IMG/VR virus record: IMGVR_UViG_3300040786_000016
DNA length: 64,000 nt
From: a virus
Reading direction: 5' to 3' (one strand)
Shown here: in pieces, positions 1-10,356 of the stretch
Numbering within the stretch: the first letter of the stretch is position 1
Layout: each line of letters opens with the position of its first letter
Program-made: the position numbers and the translations under genes
Notes under the pieces: generated by a model
Databases searched by the model: none
Seen by the model: only the letters and a program-made list of their open reading frames with translations
Told to the model about the DNA's origin: nothing

Positions 1-1016
1 TAACGTAAATAAAGATTATACTGGATGGGAATTAAATAGGTTCTTAGAACTTATGGAAACTAATAACCCAACAGTTTTAGAATTATTAAATAGCCCTGAA
101 GATTGTATAATTAGCAAACACCCATTATTTGATTTAGTATTAGGACATAAACAAGATTTTATAACAAAAATTTGTAAAGATTCATTTGGTGGTTATGCTA
201 GACAGCAAATTAAAAGGCTAATGGTTTAGATAAAAAACAAATTGGGAAAGATAAAGTTACTCGTAAAGATTTACTTGATTTTTTGTTACATACTTGATGA
301 TGAAAAGTCTATACCTTGGAAACAATGGAATTTAGTTAAAAAATTTAATGAAAAGTTTATAGGTGCTGTGAACATACCTAATGCTAGGGATACATATGCT
401 TTATTTTATGATAGAACAGCTGAAATGATACATTCTGAAACATTTACCTCTGAAACTAGAGAAAGATATAAAAAAATTCTTAAAGAAGCTGGTAAACCAA
501 TGGGTTTTGGGTATAAGGGCTTGGTAAATACTGGACATGAAGATGAAGATGGTAAAATTAACTACGGTATTTCAAATCAATTAAGGTTATCTAGTATACC
601 TAAAAAAAAACCATTCGCTATAGTTATATATAATAAAGATGGTTATTCACAACATTGTAAAGATTATAAAGAATATCAAGAGTGGATAGAAAAAGGAATG
701 ACAGTAGATACGTAGAGGTGCAAGGTCATGGTCAACGAATTGATGGTAAAATATGATGCATTGTATGCGACTTATTCAAATGTCAAAAGAGATTGGTCGT
801 GGTGAGGGTATTATAGTACGTAGACCAGATGCTGCTGAGTTACTTAAAATTAGACGTGGAGAGGTTAATTTAGATTCATTGATAGCAATCGCAGAACAAG
901 AATTAATTGAAATGGATAAGATATTTGATGAATCTGATTTACCACGTAGAGTTGAGCCAAATTTAGTAAATGATTTATTAGTTAAAATTCGTAGAGAGTT
1001 TTATCGTTTATCTTAA
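1..1016 (+). CDS. Predicted nucleotidyltransferase (DNA pol beta superfamily, PF10127/RlaP-like), 5' truncated, split by indels
   Basis: Joined frames read ...GWELNRFLELMETNNPTVLELL...SFGGYARQQI...DGKNMMHCMRLIQM...LLKIRRGE...LLVKIR, typical of this family. Confidence 0.75.
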
Positions 1017-1023
1017 AAATAAA

Positions 1024-1349
1024 TTACTCGAAGAGACTATTATGTTCAAATAGAAATTTGATATTATCATCAGCAATTTCACAATCAGTAATGAATGAAA
1101 ATACTTGTTCATCGGTAAGCATACGCCATTCATTCTTAGCTTCAGATTTTGAACTAGAATGTTTTCGGTGTAACCATCGTTCTACTTTAAGGTAATTTTC
1201 AGTTATATATTGATTAAGTAAGCTAATTTTGTTAGGGTTACCTGTTTGAAGTTGTTTAATCCTAAGTTTAGGGTCATTTTAGTAATACCAATTTTATGGC
1301 TCTCATGACCATCAATATCTGTCTGTAGTAAAAGGTAAACATATCCCAT
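1024..1349 (-). CDS. GIY-YIG/T5orf172-domain protein (one indel)
   Basis: MGYVYLL...HKIGITKNDPKLRIKQLQTGNP...KVERWLH...NEW motif. Confidence 0.7.
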
Positions 1350-1452
1350 AATTAGAAATATAATTAATTTTAAAAATAAGTCAATAATTGTTTGATAATA
1401 TTAAATAAATAAAATTTTTATTAAAATAAACTTGATATTTAAAAACTTTTCG

Positions 1453-1499
1453 TATATTTGCTTATATTTATTAAACAACGTGGTATAACCACATAAAAT
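1453..1499 (+). promoter_or_regulatory. Tandem promoter for tRNA operon 1: Bacteroidota -7 box plus ATATTTAT motif and GTGGTA..CCAC hairpin
   Basis: TATATTTG at 1453-1460 (TAnnTTTG consensus); TATATTTATTAAACAACGTGGTA also precedes leader 2 (5842-5877). Confidence 0.7.
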
Positions 1500-1509
1500 A
1501 AAAAACAAA

Positions 1510-1584
1510 ATGAAAAATTTAACAATATTATTGGTCCTTGTATTATGTTCACTAGTCGTGAGCACGATGGGTTATAGTTGTTGA
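1510..1584 (+). CDS. Leader peptide 1 (MKNLTILLVLVLCSLVVSTMGYSC), putative attenuator for the Cys/Val/Leu tRNA operon
   Basis: 24-codon ORF; residues 7-17 are 10/11 Leu/Val/Cys; ATGGGTT (1567-1573) is complementary to the terminator 5' arm. Confidence 0.7.
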   Translation: MKNLTILLVLVLCSLVVSTMGYSC

Positions 1585-1608
1585 TTAAATTTAATCATTC
1601 AAAATATG

Positions 1609-1644
1609 AAACCCATTTGAGATAGTAACTTAAATGGGTTTTTT
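1609..1644 (+). terminator. Intrinsic terminator (attenuator) before tRNA-Cys
   Basis: AACCCATTTGA/TTAAATGGGTT stem followed by a T tract. Confidence 0.85.
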
Positions 1645-1646
1645 AT

Positions 1647-1724
1647 GGTGGTGGTAGAGTGGTCGAATGCGCCTGATTGCAAGTCAGGAAATAAACATCG
1701 CTGGTTCGAATCCAGCCCACACCT
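1647..1724 (+). tRNA. trnC: tRNA-Cys(GCA)
   Basis: Anticodon arm CCTGA-TTGCAAG-TCAGG, T arm GCTGG-TTCGAAT-CCAGC, T discriminator. Confidence 0.9.
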
Positions 1725-1751
1725 CAAAACAATTAAATAAAATAAATAGTA

Positions 1752-2071
1752 ATGGTAGAAAACGAAGTTAAAAAGACTTATACAAGTCTAAAGCAATGGC
1801 TAAATTTAGTCATTATGTTAGTGGTAATTTATATTATAAAGTTGAGTTGGCTGATGGGATATATCAATTTCCAATTGCAACAGTAGAAGAAGGGGAAACA
1901 TATATAGTTGCTGTAGCTTCAGATGGAATAGCTAATATTGACGATGTAGTAACAATAGAATTATCACATGATTTAGGTGATACAACTTTCGCTGCTGAAA
2001 TTAAGGGTTCAGATTTAAATAGATGGATTTCAAAGGCAATCAAGAATGGAGAATTTATAAAAGTAGTTTAA
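1752..2071 (+). CDS. Hypothetical protein
   Basis: ORF 1796-2071, extended upstream across an indel. Confidence 0.6.
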
Positions 2072-2083
2072 TACCTACTTATT

Positions 2084-2158
2084 TGGGGTATAGCTCAGTT
2101 GGTTCAGAGTGTCTGTTTTACAAGCAGAAGGTCGTTGGTTCGAATCCAACCACCCTCA
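2084..2158 (+). tRNA. trnV: tRNA-Val(TAC)
   Basis: TCTGT-TTTACAA-GCAGA anticodon arm; TAGCTCAGTTGG D arm; GGTTCGAATCC T arm. Confidence 0.9.
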
Positions 2159-2387
2159 CTAAAAGATAAAGATGACAAAATATGAAAAAATATGTAGATA
2201 GTGATGGGAATTATTTCTACAAATTGAAATTAGAAAATGGGTCTGAATTCACGGTTGAAAAGAGTTAGGTGATTATCTTCATCAACTTGAGCAAACAGTA
2301 AAGGGAGTTGAAAAACCATACAGTTGTAGTTGTGGATTAGGTGACAAGGTTATTGGTGAACACTATTGTCAGAAATGTTTAGGTGAA

Positions 2388-2537
2388 AACCCATTTTATT
2401 GTGTTTAATAATGTTGGTAAATACCAACATATAACCCATTTTATGCGTTTAACGTTGGTAAATACCAACACATAATGTATGTTATATCATACGTTAAAGG
2501 GTTGTTTTAAGTGATAATGTATGATATAACATACATT
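2388..2537. repeat. Two tandem ~43 bp units, each with a GTTGGTAAATACCAAC hairpin, followed by a perfect 19 bp inverted repeat
   Basis: Units 2388-2432 and 2433-2473; AATGTATGTTATATCATAC (2474-2492) and its reverse complement (2519-2537). Confidence 0.85.
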
Positions 2538-2638
2538 AAAATTGTCATCGCAAAATTGCGAAGGACTTGGTAAGTGACTAGTTCACATCAAACGTAATAC
2601 CTAAAGTTACGCTCCCTATATACGGTATAGGGTAATAT

Positions 2639-2720
2639 GCCCGTTGGTGGAATTGGTAGACACGCACGGCTTAGACCCGATGTGCCGAAAGGTGTGTCGG
2701 TTCGAATCCGACAATGGGTA
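2639..2720 (+). tRNA. trnL: tRNA-Leu(TAG)
   Basis: CTTAGAC loop, long variable arm GCCGAAAGGT, GGTGGAATTGGTAGACAC D arm. Confidence 0.9.
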
Positions 2721-2728
2721 CAAAAATA

Positions 2729-2760
2729 AAAAGCTAAAGATTAGGTTCTTTAGCTTTTTT
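2729..2760 (+). terminator. Intrinsic terminator closing tRNA operon 1
   Basis: AAAAGCTAAAGA/TCTTTAGCTTTT stem plus T tract. Confidence 0.85.
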
Positions 2761-2790
2761 TATATATCTTTGTAATCTAAATAAAATAAA

Positions 2791-3230
2791 ATGGAAAACA
2801 TTTATATAACAGAGTATCGTGTAGATAATATTGAAAATCAAGGTAGAGTATTATTTGAAACAGCTAAGTTGGCTAAAGAAAAGGTTTTGATTGGGGTGTA
2901 AAAGCTTACATTGAAACATTGGAACATACTTTAGAGCTTAGTGATGGGAACATTCTTTTCCCCATCACTTACCAAAAGATGGATAATAAAGAATTAGATG
3001 AATATGATGTTTTTCACGCTAAAGCACCAACACAATCTAGGTTGCAAAATGGTTACGAAGTTCATAATATACACCTTAAGCCAGATTTGCCTTGGATTGA
3101 ACATGGTTGGGAATTAAAGGCTTATTCTTTAAAGGGTGGACGTGAATTATTTTCTATAAACAAATATAAAAATATATTTCTTTTGAGCATGTATTAGAGG
3201 CTGGGTTAATTGAAGCATTAAAAGAATAAA
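2791..3230 (+). CDS. Hypothetical protein (split)
   Basis: ORF 2919-3197 with flanking coding-like sequence after a TATCTTTG promoter. Confidence 0.5.
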
Positions 3231-3756
3231 ATGTTAAGTATTAGATTATAGAAAATATTAATTAAAATTATGAAAACATTAGTAATACATCAAAGATGAT
3301 TCAACTTATTTTCTATCAACAATATATGAAGGTAAAGATTGGACAATAATAAACGATAGGCCAGGTAAAAGCTTATTAAAAAACTTATAAAACACATGAT
3401 AGAATTATAATGATGGGTCATGGTTGTGAAAAGGCTTATTTGATTCTAATTTTGACACTGTAATAGATAGTAATTATGTTTATTTATTAAGAGAAATATT
3501 GTGTTTCAATATGGTGTAATGCTGATATTTTCTTTTTTAAAATATGGTCTTAAAGGTTTATATACTGGTATGATAATATCAGATTATACTGAAGCTAATA
3601 TGAATCAGTAAACGCTACATACCATGAAATAGATGAATCAAATTTTCTGTTTGCTAAAGCAATTAAAAATGGTGTTGATAATGAAGATGTGCTTAAAGTA
3701 CAAAAACACTAGTGAAAATTTAAATAGGGTGATTAATTTCAATGAAACTAGAATTT

Positions 3757-4044
3757 ATGAAAAATTATAAATTAGAAAGGTTAGAAAATGGTGAAACTTT
3801 TCACCAAAGAAAAGGGTAATTCTATGAATCCATTGATAAAATCTGGACAAGAACATAGATTAGCACCAGCTACTTGGGAAAGTGTAAATGTGGGTGACAT
3901 TGTTTATTGTAAAAGTGAGTGGTAATTATACACATTTAGTTAAAGCTAAAAAACCTAGATAAAGGTTGTCAAATTGGTAATAATAGAGGTGGTATAAATG
4001 GATGGACCAAACAAGTATATGGTAAAGTAATTGAAGTTTTATAA
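3757..4044 (+). CDS. Peptidase S24/S26-like domain protein (split)
   Basis: KEKGNSMNPLIKSGQ...VGDIVYCKVSG...THLVKA, the G-x-S-M-x-P motif of S24/S26. Confidence 0.5.
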
Positions 4045-4360
4045 AAAATGTTAGTTTATATCTATTTTTTATGTATCTTTGCGTATTATTAATTTATAAT
4101 TAAAATTATATGAAAATTTTTTGAATATAGAATGATTGACTATGATATGTTTGATGAAGATATGTCAGTTGAAATCGAGGGTTTAACTTCTAGGGGTTGG
4201 AAAATAATTAGAATACTAGACCCATTACCATGGAAGAGTGATTATGATGGTATGTTCATTAGAATTTTCTATCAACGTAAAATAAAAAATAACTAGTTAT
4301 TTAAAAACAATATAATATGAAAATATCTGAAATTAATATAATAATATAAAAATAAAAATT

Positions 4361-4848
4361 ATGAAAATACTAATAGAAAATTATAGAAAGTGGGAAATAT
4401 ATTTTGATACTGATAGTGAAGAATTTTACACACTATCAAATCAATATGATAAGGAAAACACTAAAAAAGTTTTGCATCAACAAAAAAATATATTGATGAT
4501 TACATAAAAGAAAATAGTTCATTTAAACCTGTTATGGTTCAAAAATTTGAAACGACATTTTCTAGTGCTGAAATTATAAAATTGGTAGGTATACGAAAAG
4601 ACAATAAATTTATGTATGAAGATAAAAATGGTAAGATTAAACAATTGTCAACATATGATGAAAAAAATTATTTTTTAGTTAATACTGAGAATGATAAAAT
4701 AGAGTTAAAAATTAAAGAATTATTAGTAGATAAAGACAAAATTATTCGACAAGTGAAAGAAATGGAAAAACGGTTAATTAAAGTAGATGTTATAGAAATT
4801 AGGAAAGTATACTTGGCAAAGAATATTCAAAGTAAAATCTATAATTAA
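4361..4848 (+). CDS. Hypothetical protein
   Basis: ORF 4534-4848 plus upstream frame. Confidence 0.55.
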
Positions 4849-5140
4849 TGATAGTATATAAATTATTTAGACAATTAAAAAATGGTGATATAACACCATT
4901 ATTTATAAATAAAACAAAACGCTTACCTTTTAATGAATGGATGAATGCTGAATCTCATCCAACAAAGGGTTTGCTCTTAGACCGTTTTGGCATTGTACAT
5001 CAACACCAAGTGCCCCTCATTTATCAGAAAAGGTAGGGTATGGTTAAAAGTGGAAATTGAGGATTTTACTGAATTTCAAAGACCAGATAATCAAGGTGGT
5101 AAATGGTATTTGTAATAGAATGAAAATAATTGAAAAATTA
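4848..5140 (+). CDS. Hypothetical protein
   Basis: ORF 4848-5036 continuing across an indel (…WHCTSTPSAPHLSEKGRVW…). Confidence 0.55.
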
Positions 5141-5504
5141 TAGTATGGGACATATAAAGATATGACACCAGAACAAAGACGTGATTTTTTAGCATTTTCT
5201 TATTTAAGGAACAAAGAAGCTAGGGTAGGTAATTCTTTTGCCTACTTCAATCAAAAGTTTGGGACGAACAGGAAAAAAAAGGTTGGTTAATGTATAATGA
5301 TTTTAGTAGAGGTCATAATGATGCAACGAAGTCACAATTAGAAGCTGAAGAAGTGGTTAAAACCCTTAGGTCTGATGGTAATTATGCTAGGATTATATGT
5401 GGTTATGTTCAAACAAAACAAAAGTAAAACATTTTACGGTTATATACAAACTAAAAAATAAATAAGATGTTTTAATATGTTGTGATATTTATTAATAAAA
5501 TATT

Positions 5505-5735
5505 ATGGGAGCAAATAAAGAACAAATATTATCTATTATTAGATATTCATTAACAACTATAGGGACTATTTTAGTGACAACTGGAACATTAAATTCATTA
5601 ATGGTATTTCAAATAGGTGGTGGTATTATGGCATTAATATCTGGAATTTGGTCAATTCTTGACAAAACAGATTCTAACATGGCAATTAAAATGGCAGAAT
5701 ATCAAGCTAAATTAGAGGCTGAAAAGGTTAATTAA
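5505..5735 (+). CDS. Small two-helix membrane protein (holin-like)
   Basis: KEQILSIIRYSLTTIGTILV...GGGIMALISGIWSILDK; preceded by the ATATTTAT motif. Confidence 0.55.
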   Translation: MGANKEQILSIIRYSLTTIGTILVTTGTLNSLMVFQIGGGIMALISGIWSILDKTDSNMAIKMAEYQAKLEAEKVN

Positions 5736-5741
5736 ATAAAT

Positions 5742-5877
5742 AAATTAAAAATAATTACAAAAGACTTGCTTTATCTAAATAAGTGTAGTATATTTGCATA
5801 AGAATTAAAACAAAGAAAAATAGTCTTTTATAAAAAAAGCGTATATTTATTAAACAACGTGGTAAAACACATAAAAT
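5742..5877 (+). promoter_or_regulatory. Promoter cassette for tRNA operon 2
   Basis: TATATTTG at 5789-5796 and ATATTTAT at 5843-5850; 5742-5835 is nearly identical to 19579-19673. Confidence 0.8.
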
Positions 5878-5885
5878 TAAAAACA

Positions 5886-5975
5886 ATGAGAACACTTAAC
5901 AACATATTTGATTTTGCATTTTTTGCAGCCGAAGAGGATTACTCTTTCGGAAGGTCATCTCTTGTCATAAGTTAA
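5886..5975 (+). CDS. Leader peptide 2 (MRTLNNIFDFAFFAAEEDYSFGRSSLVIS), putative attenuator for the Phe/Asp/Ala/Glu tRNA operon
   Basis: 29-codon ORF; residues 8-18 FDFAFFAAEED; AGGTCA (5952-5957) pairs with TGACCT (6007-6012) in the terminator. Confidence 0.8.
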   Translation: MRTLNNIFDFAFFAAEEDYSFGRSSLVIS

Positions 5976-5998
5976 CGAAACTCGTTTAACATAAATTG

Positions 5999-6030
5999 AT
6001 AAAGTCTGACCTAATAAGTCAGACTTTTAT
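5999..6030 (+). terminator. Intrinsic terminator (attenuator) before the first tRNA of operon 2
   Basis: AAAGTCTGAC-CTAATAA-GTCAGACTTTT. Confidence 0.8.
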
Positions 6031-6048
6031 GTAATAAAAATAAATAAT

Positions 6049-6120
6049 GGGACTGTAGCTCAGTTGGTAGAGCGAGGGACATGAAGTCCTGCGTCACAGA
6101 TTCGATTTCTGTTGGTCCCA
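6049..6120 (+). tRNA. trnF: tRNA, probably Phe(GAA); anticodon loop garbled
   Basis: Clear D and T arms; loop reads CATGAAG inside an AGGGA/TCCT stem. Confidence 0.65.
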
Positions 6121-6236
6121 CAAATTAAATTAAAATATGGAAAATTATTTAGAAGAAATAGAATTGACTGAAAAAAATTGTTAGTGTTAAAAAATAAACA
6201 AAAGAATTAGTTAGGGTTATTAAAAATACGAATAAA

Positions 6237-6450
6237 ATGGGTTTCAATAGGAAAGAACATTTTAAAAGTGGTGATATAGTTCTATTTAATGGGTTTGGGT
6301 TAATCATAGCTAAAATTACTGGGAGAAGTGATATAAATGGTAGGGTTGGTTATAATATCGGTAATTCCATGCATTTTGACCATAGTGTTATTAGAGAGGC
6401 GACTATGAATGAGATTAAAATGTTAGGAGAAAAAATCTTTAACTTTAAAA
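6237..6450 (+). CDS. Hypothetical protein inside the tRNA operon
   Basis: MGFNRKEHFKSGDIV...; the track ORF runs on into the tRNA, true end about 6450. Confidence 0.5.
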
Positions 6451-6459
6451 TAAAAATAA

Positions 6460-6531
6460 GGTGCTGTAACTCAGCGGTAGAGTGTTGGTTTGAAGAACCG
6501 ATGGTCGTGGGTTCGAATCCCACTGGCACCA
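6460..6531 (+). tRNA. trnF: tRNA-Phe(GAA)
   Basis: TTGGT-TTGAAGA-ACCGA arm; GGTGCTG/TGGCACC acceptor. Confidence 0.9.
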
Positions 6532-6595
6532 CAAAATATGGAACAACATTGGTCCCGTAATGCCATGGCTCGTGCACGAGTTACGGGACACCTAT

Positions 6596-6668
6596 GCTGC
6601 GTTCATCTAGGGGTTAGGATTTCAGGTTTTCAGCCTGACCACATGGGTTCGATTCCCATACGCAGTAC
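6596..6668 (+). tRNA. trnE: tRNA-Glu(TTC)
   Basis: TCAGG-TTTTCAG-CCTGA arm. Confidence 0.9.
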
Positions 6669-6703
6669 TATCTGGTTAAGATTCCAGTAATAAAATCTAA
6701 ATT

Positions 6704-6778
6704 GGTCTATTCGTTCAACGGCTAGGATGCTACCCTGTCACGGTAGAGATGAGAGTTCGATTCTCTCATAGACCGCCA
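6704..6778 (+). tRNA. trnD: tRNA-Asp(GTC), CCA encoded
   Basis: CTACC-CTGTCAC-GGTAG arm; G discriminator then CCA. Confidence 0.92.
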
Positions 6779-6904
6779 AGTTTACGTAAGCGATACTTAC
6801 TTTAGAAGTAAACAACTCATTGACGTTGTGTGACATATAAACTATGAGGTTGTGAAAGCAATATGGTTTCAATGAGAGTAACGTGTTATTCAAAGTCACA
6901 AAAT

Positions 6905-6975
6905 GCTCCTGTCGTCTATCGGTTGGGACATCAGGTTTTCGACCTGAGAAGGAGGGTCGATTCCCTTCGGGAGTA
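6905..6975 (+). tRNA. trnE: tRNA-Glu(TTC)
   Basis: TCAGG-TTTTCGA-CCTGA arm; GTCGTCTATCGGTT D arm. Confidence 0.85.
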
Positions 6976-6987
6976 CAAAATTAAATT

Positions 6988-7058
6988 GGGACTATAGTAC
7001 AACGGCTAGTACGATGCGCTTGCACCGCATAGATGGGGGTTCGGTTCCCCTAGCTCCA
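6988..7058 (+). tRNA. trnA: tRNA-Ala(TGC)
   Basis: ATGCG-CTTGCAC-CGCAT arm; G3-U70 wobble in the acceptor stem. Confidence 0.9.
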
Positions 7059-7075
7059 CAAATTTAAATAATATT

Positions 7076-7310
7076 ATGGTTAAAAGTGAGTTATGGAAAT
7101 TACAATTAGATAATATAAAAGTATATCTAAATAATAATGGACTGAACGTTGATAAAGTTATAAGGTGGCAAGGTGGTTTCGCACATGGAGGAACTAAACA
7201 TGGTTTAACAATAATAACAACGGTAATTATTAATGGTGAGGAAAAAGGTTTTACATTCCAAGACTAGCACTTACGGATAATGAAGTACTACAATTTTAGT
7301 AGTTAATAAT
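7076..7310 (+). CDS. Hypothetical protein inside the tRNA operon
   Basis: ORF 7076-7267, probably extended by an indel. Confidence 0.45.
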
Positions 7311-7325
7311 TTAAATTAAATAAAT

Positions 7326-7394
7326 GGCCCGTTCGTCTATCGGTTAGGACGCTCGGTTTTCAACCTAGAAAGAGGGTTCAACTCCTACGGGCTA
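7326..7394 (+). tRNA. trnE: tRNA-Glu(TTC)
   Basis: TTTTCAA loop; GGCCCGT/ACGGGCT acceptor. Confidence 0.8.
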
Positions 7395-7400
7395 CAATAA

Positions 7401-7474
7401 TCGAGGTAAGGTCCACTGGCGAAGGATACCCGTCTGTCACATGGGTGAACTGGTTTCGAATACCAGTATCTCGG
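7401..7474 (+). tRNA. trnD: tRNA-Asp(GTC), divergent body
   Basis: CCCGT-CTGTCAC-ATGGG arm; CTGGT-TTCGAAT-ACCAG T arm. Confidence 0.8.
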
Positions 7475-7572
7475 CAAAATAAAGAGTTCGAATTCTTGAC
7501 TATTTACAAAAATATGTTATGATTGTAAAAGAGTTCGAATTATGGAAAACAAATAATTGTGTAACCATAACC

Positions 7573-7597
7573 CATCAGTTTTAATTTAAAACTGATG
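7573..7597. terminator. Hairpin between the convergent tRNA operon 2 and the minus-strand gene
   Basis: CATCAGTTTT/AAAACTGATG. Confidence 0.65.
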
Positions 7598-9671
7598 ATG
7601 TTTAGGTTTATTTTCCAGATACTACTATTACAAAACTTGAATTACCACTAGCGTCAAATTTTTCGTAAGCTAAATCTTTATTAAAATTGAAATTATTTAA
7701 TTTCAAATCAAATAAGCTAGTTCAAAATCATAAACATAACCAAAGTAACCTTTATTAGGTTTTGGTTGACAAAAGTATTTAAATTTATCTCACTACCATA
7801 AACTGATGCATTATTTTTATATTGGGTTAAGTACATTTTACCAGATATTGAGGATACACCACCTATTCTAGTTATAAATATTGATGCATTTACATTTAAA
7901 TCATTAAGGATAAATGTGTCTACTCGATTACAACCAAATATTGAGTTTAATATTATTGACGATGATGAAATATTATATTGTGAAAACTCATTTACAGAAG
8001 GACTAGTATATCCATTACCAAAAGTTGAATTATATACTCTACCGCTATTAGTTATACTACCATTAGCTAAAAGTACACTATTCGAAAATGTATTATAATT
8101 ATCGATAGCCATAGCGTCTAATGCTTTAATATTTACTATTTCACCAATATTATCAATATTAGCTGACGTTAAAATGTTGAATCAGTAATGCTACCAATCT
8201 TTGATGATACGTATATTTTACGGCTACTACCATATCTTTGACCATAATCAGCAAATACTGTATTATTTAAATTAGTGACGTTTATGGAAGAAACAATATC
8301 TTTTGGGTAATTATTTTCTAATGGGATTATAGTAAAATCTTTTGCTGCTGTTTTCCCAGTTGATGTTAAACCACTAAAAATAGATAATGGTAGACTTATA
8401 TTCACACTATATGTTGTTTCGGAATTACTAATTGGAAATCTATAAGCTGAACCAACGGAAGGTGCGCTGGTTGTACCACTAATAAATGGATTATCGACAT
8501 TTTAGCTAAATCAGTATATGCATTTATCTCATAAGGTTCAGATAAAAGATATGCATTATTCACGTTAACACCAGTGTTGCTTATTGTGCAAAAATTTATA
8601 CCACCCATAGAATAAATTGTAGAACCACTAGTCCCACTAAAACCACTAGCTGATTTTTTAAAATTATACCATTCCAATTGTCTGTGTCTAATTTATATCT
8701 TCTATATTTTTGTTCTCTCAATCTTTATTTATTGATATTGACCCATCTAAATTTTCTCTACTTAAAATAAAACCATTTCTAGTACCAATTTGATTTGAAT
8801 TCTCATCATAAATAATATTATCTAAAAAATCGTATTTTAATTTATCACCAGCGTAAGTAACACTTTCAGCTTCTCTTGAAAAGAGTCAACAGCTATTGCT
8901 GTTAATATTATAGTTTCTACTTTAGGTACTGTGTTCTCAGCAGCACTCATTGACATATATTCAGTACCATCATGTACCTCAGTATTTAAAATACCACTTG
9001 GTTTAATTACTGGTTTTACCATAAATATCGTTTATTACAATATTAGAAGGTATATTAGGATATCTTTTTTTGAAAATTGTATTTGTATTCCGATATCATT
9101 AGCATAAGTTAATCTAGGTGAAAATGATATATAACCAGCGTTAAAGTAATCAAGGATATTAACATAGCTACCAGTAGTAGTACTCGCACCACTAGGTGCG
9201 TAAACACATAAAACGGTATCGCCATCAGCGGCAATAGTATCTGGAACGTTATCAAATTGTGAATAAGCACCAGAAGAACCGATAATAGTGTGTATTTCTG
9301 TTCTATCACTTGAGTTTGTACCATTTATTTGGTAAATAGTTTTATAATCATTCAATACATAACGGTTACCAACAGTTAAACCACTAGAATTAACTAAATC
9401 TGTCAATTGACTATAAGAACCAGTAACGAATTCAATTTTAGTTGGTAAATTAAAATATGTTGTTGCTGAGATTGTAGAACCTTTTAGACCATTAGTAAAA
9501 TTTGTGGTACCACTTATAGTGCCCCAGTAAAATTGGTATCTATTCTAGGTTTAAGATACGTTACTAAGTCGGTTAAATCAGTTCGTACTGTAGTGTTATC
9601 GATAACAACTGGTATTATTGAATTTGGGGTTAATATACCAACGGCTAATTCGCTTATTTTTTATCTGACAT
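7580..9671 (-). CDS. Large Gly/Ser/Thr/Asn-rich protein, probably virion structural or tail-fibre-like (many indels)
   Basis: Collinear minus-strand ORF fragments 9406-9035, 8677-8402, 8405-8169, 8112-7717; start MSDKKISEL...; ATATTTAT motif upstream. Confidence 0.55.
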
Positions 9672-10356
9672 TTTCTTTATTATAAATATATAATAACTTT
9701 GATAAACTTGTTTTTTATTATTGTAATATACTTAGCTTATATAATAAAATAATTTATAAAAAAAAGGTAAATTTTTAATTTTATATCGTTTTTTATATTA
9801 TCTTTGTCGTCTAATTATAAAATTAATATATAACTATGGGTTAAAATTAGAATATCGAGAAAATAGTTATTTAAACGATAAAGATATTTTCTTTGTTATG
9901 ATAAGACACTTAAAAAATTATTTTAAGTAAGTTACATTTGATAAAGGTTTTGGTGGACAAATGAATCATTGAAATATAAGGTTACTACTATCGTAACACA
10001 AAAGGCTAATGGTTTCCTTAATAATACAATCAAATATAAGGGTATTGATTATGAGGGTACAGTTACTAAATTTTAACACCAAATGATATTGGTATTGTCT
10101 GGGCTCAAGGTAAACAAATAAAACAATATGGAATGGCTAATTTTGACTGAATTAAATAAATTAGAAATAAGTTATTTATTCTAAATTTTATTAGTATCTT
10201 TGTAAAAAAAGTGATATAGTTAAACAAAATATATCACCAGAATATTTTAAAATTATTATTAATTAAAACTTGGTCATTAATAAAATTAATAGTATCTTTG
10301 CATTCTAAATGATAAACACCAATAATAGTGTTAGATAATTAAAAAAAAAACAAAAA

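Noticed and set aside
6350-6690. Track ORFs 6350-6577 (-) and 6490-6690 (+)
   Set aside because: Shadow ORFs over tRNA-Phe and tRNA-Glu.
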